Positions 25,742 to 34,207 of a stretch of DNA of 61,643 nt are shown piece after piece. The DNA is taken from positions 1 to 61,643 of IMG/VR virus record IMGVR_UViG_3300010403_000005. One strand, given 5' to 3'. This DNA is from a virus. The notes beneath the pieces were generated by a model that saw only the letters and a program-made list of their open reading frames with translations, ran no database searches and was not told where the DNA came from. The position numbers and the translations under genes were made by a program. Position 1 is the first letter of the stretch; each line of letters opens with the position of its first letter.

Positions 25742-25947
25742 GCGCTCTCCCTTTTGCTGACGATGCGAAGCTCCGCCGGATCGATGTCAGCGTCGATCTC
25801 GACGTCGCACGGAATGACCAGCGTGGCCTCCGTGCGTTCTCCGACTTCGGCGTTGAAACCCACGGCCACGGTCTCGATGGGATTGCCGTCGAGTGTCACC
25901 GTACCCGTGCCGTCCTGTTGCACGTGTACCTTCAGCTTGTGGCTCAT
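25738..25947 (-). CDS. Hypothetical 69-aa protein
   Basis: ORF track entry, coupled on both sides. Confidence 0.6.
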   Translation of the reverse strand: MSHKLKVHVQQDGTGTVTLDGNPIETVAVGFNAEVGERTEATLVIPCDVEIDADIDPAELRIVSKRESA

Positions 25948-26924
25948 GCGTTCACCTCCGCGAGTGCGGACTCGATGCGGGTCTTGGCGATGTTGAAGTA
26001 GTCCGGCTCGCGCTCGATGCCGATGAAGTTTCGGCCTTCGAGGATCGCAGCCACGCCAGTGGTGCCGCTGCCGAGGAACGGGTCGATGATCGTGTGGCCC
26101 GGCAAGCTCACGAGCCGGATCAGCCGACGCATGAGTTCGATGGGCTTGACGGTGGGGTGGAAGTTCTGCGCGAGGACCGGCTTCACGACCTTGCCCTTGG
26201 CGTTCGACGTCATGTGGCTCAGCCGGTTGTCCTTCTCGACCTGTGGCAGGTCCGCGCAGCCGTAGTCACGATCCTTCGGGGAGGGCTTCGGCACGAAGAA
26301 CGTACCGGGGTGCTCCGCGACGAGCGTGCTCACTTCCTCGAACGCTTGCACCAGTGAGTCATCGATGATGACGTCGGTCGGGTGCTTGCCGTCCTCGGCC
26401 TTCCATGTCTGTGCGTGCATCTGACCGAGACCCTTCTCCTTGAAGAGCTTGGTCAGGTTCTCGTTGCTCGGTACCCGGCCGACGAATACCGGCTCGCAGC
26501 CCGGCCGCAGGTCGTTCGGGTTCTTGACCTGACCGGACGCGTAGAGCCAGAACACCATGCGCGGGATGTCGTACCCGGCACGCATGAGCCCGCGATCCAC
26601 CGGGCCGATGGTGCGTCCGGCAGTGAACGCCAGCAGGTGACTGCCAGCCTTCAGCACGTTCTGCCGCATCGCATAGGCCCACTGCTCCGTGAACTTGGCG
26701 AATTTCTCCGCGTCGTCAGCGGCCGTGGTGTGCGAGCGGTTGTCGGAGAAGGAGTCCCACTCCTTCTCGCCCGCGAAGTCGAAACCGTACGGAGGGTCAG
26801 TGACGCAGGCATCAGCGCGAAGTAGGCCCACTCGTTTCATGCTGGCCGGAACTTCGCTGTATGGCCTGAGACCATCCGTCATCAAGGCGATGCTATCGCC
26901 GTTGAACAATTGCGCTGTGACCAT
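25944..26924 (-). CDS. DNA methyltransferase, N6_N4_Mtase family (beta class, probably N6-adenine)
   Basis: Motif IV VTDPPYG comes before motif I IIDPFLGSGTTGVAA. Confidence 0.85.
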   Translation of the reverse strand: MVTAQLFNGDSIALMTDGLRPYSEVPASMKRVGLLRADACVTDPPYGFDFAGEKEWDSFSDNRSHTTAADDAEKFAKFTEQWAYAMRQNVLKAGSHLLAFTAGRTIGPVDRGLMRAGYDIPRMVFWLYASGQVKNPNDLRPGCEPVFVGRVPSNENLTKLFKEKGLGQMHAQTWKAEDGKHPTDVIIDDSLVQAFEEVSTLVAEHPGTFFVPKPSPKDRDYGCADLPQVEKDNRLSHMTSNAKGKVVKPVLAQNFHPTVKPIELMRRLIRLVSLPGHTIIDPFLGSGTTGVAAILEGRNFIGIEREPDYFNIAKTRIESALAEVNA

Positions 26925-27065
26925 GAAGACTCCTTGTGGAAACGAATGCCGCCCGCGACTTTCATAGGCCCAATGCAGGTAACCCTGCAGCCCTATCTAC
27001 TACTTCGCGGACGGCACTCCATGCCGCTCTAGGCGGCTCTCGCGGCCGATGGCCGGAGCTTGGTG

Positions 27066-27920
27066 CTAGAAGGGAGCGTCCACCTTCGTGGTGCTGGCCG
27101 CCGGAGCCACCGGCTCGGCCTCCGCACCCGGAGCGTCCGGATCGATGTCGTCCGCCAGCTTGGCGTCCTTGATCGAGTCGTACATCGCGGCAGCGAAGTT
27201 CGCCTGCTCCAGCGTCGGCTTGCCTGCGGGCTGGACCGCGAACTTGGCGAACTTGCCGCTGTCGTTCTCATCGAGCGCGGGGTTGATCGTGAACTTCGCG
27301 GTGAAGCTCGGTCCCTTGACCATGCTGATGAACGTGGCCAGCGACTGCCCGGCCGCGAACGACTTGCTCTTGAACGAAATGACCGCGATCTGCGGGCCGT
27401 CCGCGAGCAGGAGCAGCACGACGTAGTCGTAGACGCGGACCGCCTCGGGCTTGTCCACCGTCTTGGGGTTCCACCCCGACTTCGTGCGTGCCTCGATCTG
27501 CTCCTTCGTCGGCCAGTTGCAGCGCGGGTCATTCCACTCGACGGCCTCGCCCATGCGGCCGTTCTCGTCGGGCAGGTACGCCCGCTTCCGCATCTTGAGG
27601 GGGAGGAACGCCAGCGGTGCGCTGCCGTAGATCTCCTTCGTCTCGCTGTTGTACATCTGGCCGAACTTGAGCCCCTCGATGTACGCGTCGTCCGTCTCAT
27701 CGACGGCCTTCGACGTTTTCTGCGCGAGGCTCAGGAACGGCAGGCGCAGGTCCGACTGCTCGATGCCCTCCTTGCCACGGTGGTCGTCCGCTCCGAACCC
27801 TTCGAGCGTGGCGAACGTTTCCTGCGCGGTCGAACGCGTGGCCAGCGCACCCGGCTGCTGTGCCGTGGCGACTGCCGTACCCGGCTCCGCCGGGGCCTTC
27901 TCGGGCTGTGCTTTCTTCAT
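27066..27920 (-). CDS. Putative single-stranded-DNA-binding / recombination-associated protein
   Basis: 284 aa. The acidic C-terminal tail ends ...DDIDPDAPGAEAEP...KVDAPF, resembling the SSB/gp2.5 C-terminal acidic-Phe signature. The gene sits in the replication module. Confidence 0.4.
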   Translation of the reverse strand: MKKAQPEKAPAEPGTAVATAQQPGALATRSTAQETFATLEGFGADDHRGKEGIEQSDLRLPFLSLAQKTSKAVDETDDAYIEGLKFGQMYNSETKEIYGSAPLAFLPLKMRKRAYLPDENGRMGEAVEWNDPRCNWPTKEQIEARTKSGWNPKTVDKPEAVRVYDYVVLLLLADGPQIAVISFKSKSFAAGQSLATFISMVKGPSFTAKFTINPALDENDSGKFAKFAVQPAGKPTLEQANFAAAMYDSIKDAKLADDIDPDAPGAEAEPVAPAASTTKVDAPF

Positions 27921-28480
27921 GCTTTGCTCCTTCCGGTTGACGATTTGGTGCGGGAGAGAGTCTGCTTGAGGAAGACTTTCACGCCCGGCACGTTGCTCCG
28001 CACTTCGCGGACTTCCTTGCCCTCCGCGTCGGTCGTGACCTTGACCTTCAGCTCGTTGTTGAGGGCTTCATCCTTCACAAGGTTCCGCAGGCGGCTGGCC
28101 AACTCGCTGGTCTTCAGGACCAGCATGTCCGCCATCTTCTTGCGTTTGAGATACTTCACGATGGCTTCCGGGTCTTCGCAGACCGGGAAGGGCTCGCAGC
28201 TGATCGACCACGTGTAGCCATCCGCTGACACAGCGTCCGAGCCGTCGGCGTCGAGACGGTCCTGCATCAGGTAGTCGGCCGCGTCGAGCTTCTGGTTCAG
28301 TGTGTTCAGCTGCTCGGTGAGCTTGGCCTTCTCGGCGGTCAGGTCGTTAAACCTTTTGGCCGCAGCCCCGGTGGTCGTGTCTTCCTTGCGGAACTCCTCC
28401 ATGAACTTCGTCACGGCCTCGTCCCGCTCGGTCTGTTGCACCGGGACGTTGCCCCGGAGGTGCGCGTACTTGGATGCCAT
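27917..28480 (-). CDS. Hypothetical coiled-coil protein (Gp157-like?)
   Basis: 187-aa ORF coupled to the SSB-like gene. Confidence 0.55.
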   Translation of the reverse strand: MASKYAHLRGNVPVQQTERDEAVTKFMEEFRKEDTTTGAAAKRFNDLTAEKAKLTEQLNTLNQKLDAADYLMQDRLDADGSDAVSADGYTWSISCEPFPVCEDPEAIVKYLKRKKMADMLVLKTSELASRLRNLVKDEALNNELKVKVTTDAEGKEVREVRSNVPGVKVFLKQTLSRTKSSTGRSKA

Positions 28481-28497
28481 CGTTGCTCCTCGAAATG

Positions 28498-28574
28498 TGG
28501 TAGGCCGGGCAGGAATCGAACCTGCGACCCTCGGCTTAGAAGTCCGTCGCTCTATCCGACTGAGCTACCGGCCC
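28498..28574 (-). tRNA. tRNA-Arg (anticodon UCU) with encoded CCA
   Basis: The minus strand reads GGGCCGGTAGCTCAGTCGGATAGAGCGACGGACTTCTAAGCCGAGGGTCGCAGGTTCGATTCCTGCCCGGCCTACCA. The acceptor, D and T arms pair well. The anticodon stem has only 3 G-C pairs, flanked by A-A and A-G. Confidence 0.75.
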
Positions 28575-28581
28575 GTGAAAT

Positions 28582-28687
28582 TGGTGAAGGACCGTGGAGT
28601 TGAACCACGCGCCATGTACCGTCGCTCCCCGCGCCTTGGGAACTTGATCGAGTACGGCTGCTACGCTTTCCAGCTTGGGCGTCCTTC
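28582..28687 (-). other. 106-nt tRNA-like element (acceptor stem + T arm + ACCA, with no canonical D or anticodon arm)
   Basis: 5' GAAGGAC pairs with 3' GTCCTTC-ACCA. The T arm is CGTGG-TTCAACT-CCACG. I could not fold the 71-nt interior into a cloverleaf. Confidence 0.35.
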
Positions 28688-28843
28688 ATGGTTGGGCACG
28701 CGGATCTGCTGCATGGCCGGTGCCATCGGCGTACTGCGGTCATCGTCCACGGTTCTGTCCAGCGTGATGCGACCGAGATTGGGCACTGTCCTCTGGCACG
28801 GGCAGCGGTGAAGCGGTTCCGAGCAGCGCATGCAGATCGTCAT
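28661..28843 (-). CDS. Hypothetical 60-aa Cys-motif protein
   Basis: MTICMRCSEPLHRCPCQ... from ATG 28843 (ATGA overlap). The 3' end overlaps the tRNA-like element. Confidence 0.5.
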   Translation of the reverse strand: MTICMRCSEPLHRCPCQRTVPNLGRITLDRTVDDDRSTPMAPAMQQIRVPNHEGRPSWKA

Positions 28844-29085
28844 CGCTTCACCTCGCACACGAAGTCCACGTGATCGATGTCGCTGATGTCCGTGATGTCG
28901 AGCGAGTCACCGTTAACTGTCTGAGCCGTGATGCGGATGTTATCCATCCGCAGCAGTCCGGTGGGCTTGCGGGTCATCAGCCGGGGTGTCCGCTGCTTGC
29001 AGAACTCCGTGATCGCTTCCACGAGATCTTCCTTCGTGAGTTCGACGTGGACGCTTACCGTACTCTTGACAGATGTCTTCATCAT
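28840..29085 (-). CDS. Hypothetical 81-aa protein
   Basis: MMKTSVKSTVSVHVELTKEDL... from ATG 29085 (ATGA overlap with the helicase stop). Confidence 0.6.
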   Translation of the reverse strand: MMKTSVKSTVSVHVELTKEDLVEAITEFCKQRTPRLMTRKPTGLLRMDNIRITAQTVNGDSLDITDISDIDHVDFVCEVKR

Positions 29086-30665
29086 TCCTCCGTGAGAATC
29101 CGACGCCACGTGGCGGTCGTCCACATGGCGATGTCGTTCTTGCCGCGCAGTGCTGCGGCGATGTGGTGGTCGATGGTGCGCTGGCCCTTCGGCCCGACTG
29201 CCACCACATCGACGTACGCCACCGGCTTGGTCTGCCCCGGCCGACGTACCCGGCCCCGTGCCTGCAGGTAGACCCGGAGCTTCGTGTCCTGACTCAGCGT
29301 GATCGCCAGCGAGGCACCAGCCAAGTTGACTGCCGCTCCACCGGCCAGTGGGTTGCCCACGACCGCGACCCGCTCGGTCTGTGGGATGCCGGGGTTGAGA
29401 GCCCGGAGGGCGGCCGTGCGGTCGTCGGCCGACTGCTCGCCGTAGAGCAGGTGTATCCTGCGGTTCGTTTCCATCCCCAGCCGAGCCGCCATGCGCTCGA
29501 TCTCCACGCGGAACCGGCTCCAGATCAGCAGGCGTTCCGGCTGCGGGTGCTCGGAGAGCCACTTGAGCGTTCCATCGATCTTTTCGGAAGACAGGATCTG
29601 GATCGGATCGACGTCCGGCACGACCACGTTCTGGTCAGCGAAGTCGAGCAGGTCGCCTTCCAGATCCAACTGCTGCACTCCACCGACGAACCCGGAGGTG
29701 ATTTGCGCGAGCCGCATGGCTTTGACGATGGCCTGCTTTGCCACGCTGGCCTTGTTCGGACCGTCCGTGGGGCCTGCGTCGATCCACGCGACCATCTCGT
29801 CGCGCATCTGCTTGTAGACCCGCCACGTCTCGTCGGTGAGCTTGACCTCGATGGTGACTGGGTCGAGCACCGGCGGCAGATCCCAGCAGTCCTCGGTCTT
29901 GCGGTTCAACACGTACGGGGCGATGTTGTTCCGCAGCTCTTCAAGGTTCTGCCACCCGATAATCTGCGGGAAGTTCACGTTGGGCTTGAGTAGCGCGTAC
30001 CGCGCACGGAAGTGCGACATGTACTTGTACCCGAGGATGCGCCAGTCGAGCATCTTCATCTGCGCGAAGAGATCGAGAGGGCTGTCGGTGACCGGCGACC
30101 CGTTCAGCAGCGTGACGCGCTTGATGTTCTTCATGCTGCGGATCTTGAACACGGCCTTCCACTGGTCGGTCTGCGCGTCTGAGAGGCACCACGCCTCATC
30201 GAGGACCAGCCAGATGCCCTTACGGTTCATCAGGTACTTCATGAAGGGCTTCAGCCGCTCATCCCGGCGAACGAACTCGTAGTTGCTCACGAGCCATGTC
30301 AGGTGGTTCGGTGGGGCCACGGCGATCTTCGGGTAGCGCACCGAGTACTCGACCACGTAGTTGGGAATGTCCTCCCAGCCGTGCTTGGCGACTTCCCCGA
30401 TCTCCGGGTCCGGGTCGGCCCACACCGGCCGTCCCTGCGCGGGGGCGAGCGCGACTACGGTATCGATGGCGTTCCAGTCGTAGGCGAACTGCGTAGCGTC
30501 CACGGCCTGCTTCGACTTGCCGCAGCCTACCTCGTCAGCCAGCAGGAACACGCCGGGGATGACGCGGCCCTTCTCCGGGTCGTCACGCTTCAATAGCTCG
30601 CGGACGCCCACCTTCTGGTGGTCCTTCGGAGGGGTGGCGCAGCGGTCCCAGCTGATCTCGCGCAT
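29082..30665 (-). CDS. SNF2-family (SF2) helicase
   Basis: Motif I LADEVGCGKS, motif II LVLDEAW, then LLNGSPV. The C-terminal helicase domain has ..QARGRVRRPGQ. Start MREISWD at 30665. Confidence 0.85.
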   Translation of the reverse strand: MREISWDRCATPPKDHQKVGVRELLKRDDPEKGRVIPGVFLLADEVGCGKSKQAVDATQFAYDWNAIDTVVALAPAQGRPVWADPDPEIGEVAKHGWEDIPNYVVEYSVRYPKIAVAPPNHLTWLVSNYEFVRRDERLKPFMKYLMNRKGIWLVLDEAWCLSDAQTDQWKAVFKIRSMKNIKRVTLLNGSPVTDSPLDLFAQMKMLDWRILGYKYMSHFRARYALLKPNVNFPQIIGWQNLEELRNNIAPYVLNRKTEDCWDLPPVLDPVTIEVKLTDETWRVYKQMRDEMVAWIDAGPTDGPNKASVAKQAIVKAMRLAQITSGFVGGVQQLDLEGDLLDFADQNVVVPDVDPIQILSSEKIDGTLKWLSEHPQPERLLIWSRFRVEIERMAARLGMETNRRIHLLYGEQSADDRTAALRALNPGIPQTERVAVVGNPLAGGAAVNLAGASLAITLSQDTKLRVYLQARGRVRRPGQTKPVAYVDVVAVGPKGQRTIDHHIAAALRGKNDIAMWTTATWRRILTEE

Positions 30666-30799
30666 CAGATCCGTCCGTTCTTGAGTCGCGTGAAAATGGA
30701 GCACGGCGACTCGCTCTTCGGTTTCGGGAACAGCAGGATGCCGATCACGCCAAGGATACTCACTTCGATCACTGAGGCTGCCAGCCAGTAGAGACCCAT
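30665..30799 (-). CDS. Small single-TM protein (44 aa)
   Basis: Hand translation gives MGLYWLAASVIEVSILGVIGILLFPKPKSESPCSIFTRLKNGRI. There are TGATG overlaps at both ends. Confidence 0.5.
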   Translation of the reverse strand: MGLYWLAASVIEVSILGVIGILLFPKPKSESPCSIFTRLKNGRI

Positions 30800-31719
30800 C
30801 ACTGCACCTCCGCGAGCTTCGGTTGGTCGGGGAACTTGCCGAACATGGCGTCCTTACAGATCGCCTTGACGGATGGCGAGAGGCCGGTGGCCTTGTTGAC
30901 AATCCAGTCGAGATCTCGACGCGCCATCTTCTTGAGCGGCACACCTTTGTACTTGGTGCCGAAGTTCATGACCGCCTCGCCGTTCTTCCAGATGATCTTG
31001 CCGTCCGGGTCAATGGTGTTCGGGTCTCTCGGGTACATCAGCGCGTGGAGTTTCTCGAGACTCCGGGGCAGCTGGTCGTACTTGCGGAGCTGGGCACGGA
31101 AGACCTCAATCGTGTCCTCGATGTCGCTCAGTGCGGAGTGCGCTCCGGAGGGCTCCCGGCCGAGGAAGAAGCGGCACGCGTCGGTCAGCGACCGTGGGTC
31201 GCAGTACTGCCAGATGCGGTAGACGTCCACGAGGAAGACCTTGTCGAAGCCCCACTCGATGCCGCAGCGCTTGAACTCCTCGACCATCAGCGGCAGGTCA
31301 AACCGCTTGCCGTTATAGGTGCCGAGATCTGCGTCCGAGAACCCTTTGTACAGGTTGGCTGCGATGTCGGAGAACTTGGGCCAAGGAGCAAAGTCGTGAA
31401 GCTCTTCCTCGCCGTACTGCTGCGCGTCGTGCTGATCGCGTGAGACTTCGGTCTGTCCACGCTCGTAGCATTTGCGGCAGCCCTGCACCATTGCGTTCGT
31501 GATGCCGTGGCCGGGATAGTCTCCGCCGTTGCCGTACGTGGCTTCACGCGGGATCGGGATGCCGGGGTTGATGAGAGTCTGCCAGCGCTTCTCGCTGCCG
31601 TCCGGCTTCGTGTGGATGAAGGCTATCGACACGATGCGGTCCACTACCGGGTCCGGACCAGTGGTCTCCGTGTCGAAGAACAGCAACGGCCGCGTCAGCG
31701 GTTCAAGCTCTGCGATCAT
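30799..31719 (-). CDS. DnaQ-like (DEDDh) 3'-5' exonuclease
   Basis: ExoI FFDTETTG, ExoII YNGKRFDLPL, ExoIII HSALSDIED. Confidence 0.85.
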   Translation of the reverse strand: MIAELEPLTRPLLFFDTETTGPDPVVDRIVSIAFIHTKPDGSEKRWQTLINPGIPIPREATYGNGGDYPGHGITNAMVQGCRKCYERGQTEVSRDQHDAQQYGEEELHDFAPWPKFSDIAANLYKGFSDADLGTYNGKRFDLPLMVEEFKRCGIEWGFDKVFLVDVYRIWQYCDPRSLTDACRFFLGREPSGAHSALSDIEDTIEVFRAQLRKYDQLPRSLEKLHALMYPRDPNTIDPDGKIIWKNGEAVMNFGTKYKGVPLKKMARRDLDWIVNKATGLSPSVKAICKDAMFGKFPDQPKLAEVQ

Positions 31720-31922
31720 TTGGCTCCAGATTGGACGGCCGCGAAGATCTCGGCCATTGGTACCACGACGCGCTGGCCCTTGAACTCGAAGGTGACATCA
31801 TGCCACTGGTCGAGGGGCACACGGAGTGAACCGTTCTGCCCGAACAAGACCTTGGTCGAGGAGGCCAGCGCGGTCGCGGTAGCCAGAAGCATAGCACGTC
31901 GGAGGGCCGCACGTCGAGTCAT
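31716..31922 (-). CDS. Small exported protein with a twin-arginine-like signal
   Basis: MTRRAALRRAMLLATATALASS, followed by a 46-aa mature part. Confidence 0.6.
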   Translation of the reverse strand: MTRRAALRRAMLLATATALASSTKVLFGQNGSLRVPLDQWHDVTFEFKGQRVVVPMAEIFAAVQSGAK

Positions 31923-32158
31923 TAAGCGGTCTCCTTCAGCTGCCAGATGATGTCGTCGCGGAGCTTCGTGGCTTCCTCTTTCGAGAGCAGCCCGGCAGCG
32001 ATGGCTGGTCCGAAGTTGTTACGAACGATGGCCTCTGCCCGCTGGAGGATGGCCTCCGGCTGATGCACGGTGCAGTAGGGAGTGCCGGGCTTGGCGAACG
32101 CCGGGCAGAGGCCGTGGCCGAAACGGCAAGCAGGCCGCGAGGCACCCTTGCCGATCAT
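31922..32158 (-). CDS. Hypothetical 78-aa Cys/His-motif protein
   Basis: MIGKGASRPACRFGHGLCPAFAKPGTPYCTVH... from ATG 32158 (ATGA overlap). Confidence 0.6.
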   Translation of the reverse strand: MIGKGASRPACRFGHGLCPAFAKPGTPYCTVHQPEAILQRAEAIVRNNFGPAIAAGLLSKEEATKLRDDIIWQLKETA

Positions 32159-32664
32159 GAGTGTTTCACCCAGTCGAAAATGAGCTGGGCCACAAACGAG
32201 TGGTCCCATCCGTCCGTGCGTATGACGCCGTGGCTCTTCATAGCCAGAGCCAGATTGGCATTGGCATAGCGGCTCGTGTCGAAGATGCCGTCCGTCTGGC
32301 CTAGCTGCACCGGCTCCACCAAGATCATCTTCGGGTAGACCTTTTGGGCCATCCGCCGGGGAGTCCAGATGCTGGTGCGCTGCGGGTGCTCCTCGTAGAC
32401 CACGATCCAGCACTTGCCGAACGTGGTCGTGCTCAACTCGTGCGCGGTCACCAGCTGCTGCTGGCGTCCCTTGAAGAGCTTGGGCCAAGACTCACCCCGG
32501 CGGAGGTACTTGTCCTCCAGCCAGAAGGTATCGCCCATCCACGACACGGATACGTCGGGGATGCCGCTCACGAAGTTGCCTCCGTGCTTGATAACCTTGG
32601 CCCCGCGCAGCTGGCGGCCTAACTCGGTCATCAGGTTCTTGGTGAGCTTGGTTTCGGTGATCAC
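32155..32664 (-). CDS. VRR-NUC / PD-(D/E)xK nuclease (resolvase-like)
   Basis: GIPDVSVSWMGDTFWLEDKY...QQQL matches the D...E-x-K pattern. Confidence 0.65.
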   Translation of the reverse strand: MITETKLTKNLMTELGRQLRGAKVIKHGGNFVSGIPDVSVSWMGDTFWLEDKYLRRGESWPKLFKGRQQQLVTAHELSTTTFGKCWIVVYEEHPQRTSIWTPRRMAQKVYPKMILVEPVQLGQTDGIFDTSRYANANLALAMKSHGVIRTDGWDHSFVAQLIFDWVKHS

Positions 32665-33281
32665 GAACGCACCGGCAGCGGCCCGGCCTCGGTGATGTTC
32701 CAGAGGTGCCAGACCGCGTGATAGAGGGCCTCGAAACCGGGTGAGGCCAGCCGCATGTCGTAGATCGTATCCTTGGCCAGCGTCAGGTTCTCGAATGACG
32801 CCTTGGCGAACGGCCCCGTGCCAGCACAGTAGTGCTCGTAGTTCTTCGCGTCCTCGGCCCCGGTGAGCCGCCGGTCCGGGCAGTACGGCAGCAGCGAACC
32901 CTCGCTGCCGTGGCAGATGGCGCAGATGAAGAGATTACAGTTGCTGCAGCTGTCTGAGCAGTGCCCCTTGCAGGGTTGCCGTCGGTGCTGCGTCCGCACT
33001 TCCCAGTCGCTCAGGTTGAGATCGTAGGGCCACTTGTGATCGACCTGCGCGGTCATCATCCGGTCGTACTCGCGCTCGTGGTACTCCGAGAGCACGTGGC
33101 AGCCGAGACGCTGCTGGTAAACCGATCCCTCGGAGAGCAGGAGGGCGATGTCGTCCACCGTGAATCCGGAAGCGGGGAGCCCGCGCAGGTAGTTGCGCTT
33201 GCCTTTCCGCCGGGCAGCGTCGATCTCGGCCCGAACCGTCATGACCCGGTCTTCTTCATCGCGGTAGTCGTGGTTGCCCAT
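32661..33281 (-). CDS. Hypothetical Cys-rich 206-aa protein
   Basis: ORF track entry with CKGHCSDSCSNCNLFICAICHG. Confidence 0.65.
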   Translation of the reverse strand: MGNHDYRDEEDRVMTVRAEIDAARRKGKRNYLRGLPASGFTVDDIALLLSEGSVYQQRLGCHVLSEYHEREYDRMMTAQVDHKWPYDLNLSDWEVRTQHRRQPCKGHCSDSCSNCNLFICAICHGSEGSLLPYCPDRRLTGAEDAKNYEHYCAGTGPFAKASFENLTLAKDTIYDMRLASPGFEALYHAVWHLWNITEAGPLPVRS

Positions 33282-33300
33282 CCTGCTCTCCTTCGTGGTG

Positions 33301-33471
33301 TTACGAGACTGCGTTGACGACGCCGAACCGTGGTGTGCGGAGTGACCGCATGATCTCGGCCATCAGGCGTTTCTCGATGTCCTTGGCCACCGTGTTCGAC
33401 AGCTGGCTATCGATCTGGAGGTGCACTTCGCTCAGCGGCACGATCTTTTCATCGCCGCTCAGGAACTCCAC
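33301..33471 (-). CDS. Possible small protein (56 aa from GTG)
   Basis: Hand translation gives VEFLSGDEKIVPLSEVHLQIDSQLSNTVAKDIEKRLMAEIMRSLRTPRFGVVNAVS. The open frame extends upstream to the preceding stop, and the start is unclear. Confidence 0.35.
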   Translation of the reverse strand: MEFLSGDEKIVPLSEVHLQIDSQLSNTVAKDIEKRLMAEIMRSLRTPRFGVVNAVS

Positions 33472-33520
33472 CTTGTAGCTGTAGGTGCCGTCGCCAGTCA
33501 GGTCTGTCGTATCGATGCGT

Positions 33521-34207
33521 TTACGCGAGAAACTCGCGGGTGCGGACCTTGAATCCCGCGAGATCCTTTCCTGAGAGTTTGTGCTCGACCACGTAGTCCA
33601 CGAGCGTGGCGTCTTTGGCCGCCTGCGCGTCGAGAGCCGTGATCAGCTTGACGCCCTGCGCGATCCCGGTGACCGTGCCCTGCGCGTCGATGGAGAGGAT
33701 GATCGTTTCGAAGACCTTCATGAGTGACTCCTTCGTGACCGGCTGTTGTGATCTGAACACAGGGCCGCCGGTAGGCCGCAGTGTGATCCTGAGCTGCGAT
33801 CCGCAGCCGTAGGTACCGTAGATGTGGTTAACCCGCTCAATGTACCCCAGCCATTTAACCGAGTCAAGATCGACTTCCGCGAGTCCACCGAGCTTGGGTA
33901 CGTAGGCGTTGTGGCCAACCGCGTCCACCGTGAACTCGATGTAGCCGTCGATGGTCATCTCGCCCAGCTCGTAGCGATCCCACACGTCGTCGTGACGCGA
34001 AGGGATCAGACGTGGCTTGCGATGCAGCGAGGGCAGCTGCAAATCGCGCATCTCTGAGATATGGTAGCGGTAGCCGGGCTCGGCCATTGGCTGCTCCTTC
34101 TTCGGTGGATTGATGACGCGGAGTTCTCCGTCGCACCCGTACCACCACATGAGTGCTCGTTCGTCGCTATCGTAGACGTCTTTCATAAGGCTGCGACCGT
34201 ATTTCAT
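33521..34207 (-). CDS. Hypothetical 228-aa protein
   Basis: Start MKYGRSLMKD at 34207 (ATGA overlap with the polymerase stop). Confidence 0.65.
   Translation of the reverse strand: MKYGRSLMKDVYDSDERALMWWYGCDGELRVINPPKKEQPMAEPGYRYHISEMRDLQLPSLHRKPRLIPSRHDDVWDRYELGEMTIDGYIEFTVDAVGHNAYVPKLGGLAEVDLDSVKWLGYIERVNHIYGTYGCGSQLRITLRPTGGPVFRSQQPVTKESLMKVFETIILSIDAQGTVTGIAQGVKLITALDAQAAKDATLVDYVVEHKLSGKDLAGFKVRTREFLA

Noticed and set aside
28582-28687. Second genuine tRNA gene, or an intron-containing tRNA, next to tRNA-Arg.
   Set aside because: Only the acceptor stem and T arm can be formed. At 106 nt, no D arm or 7-nt anticodon loop could be folded by hand. It is kept only as a tRNA-like element.
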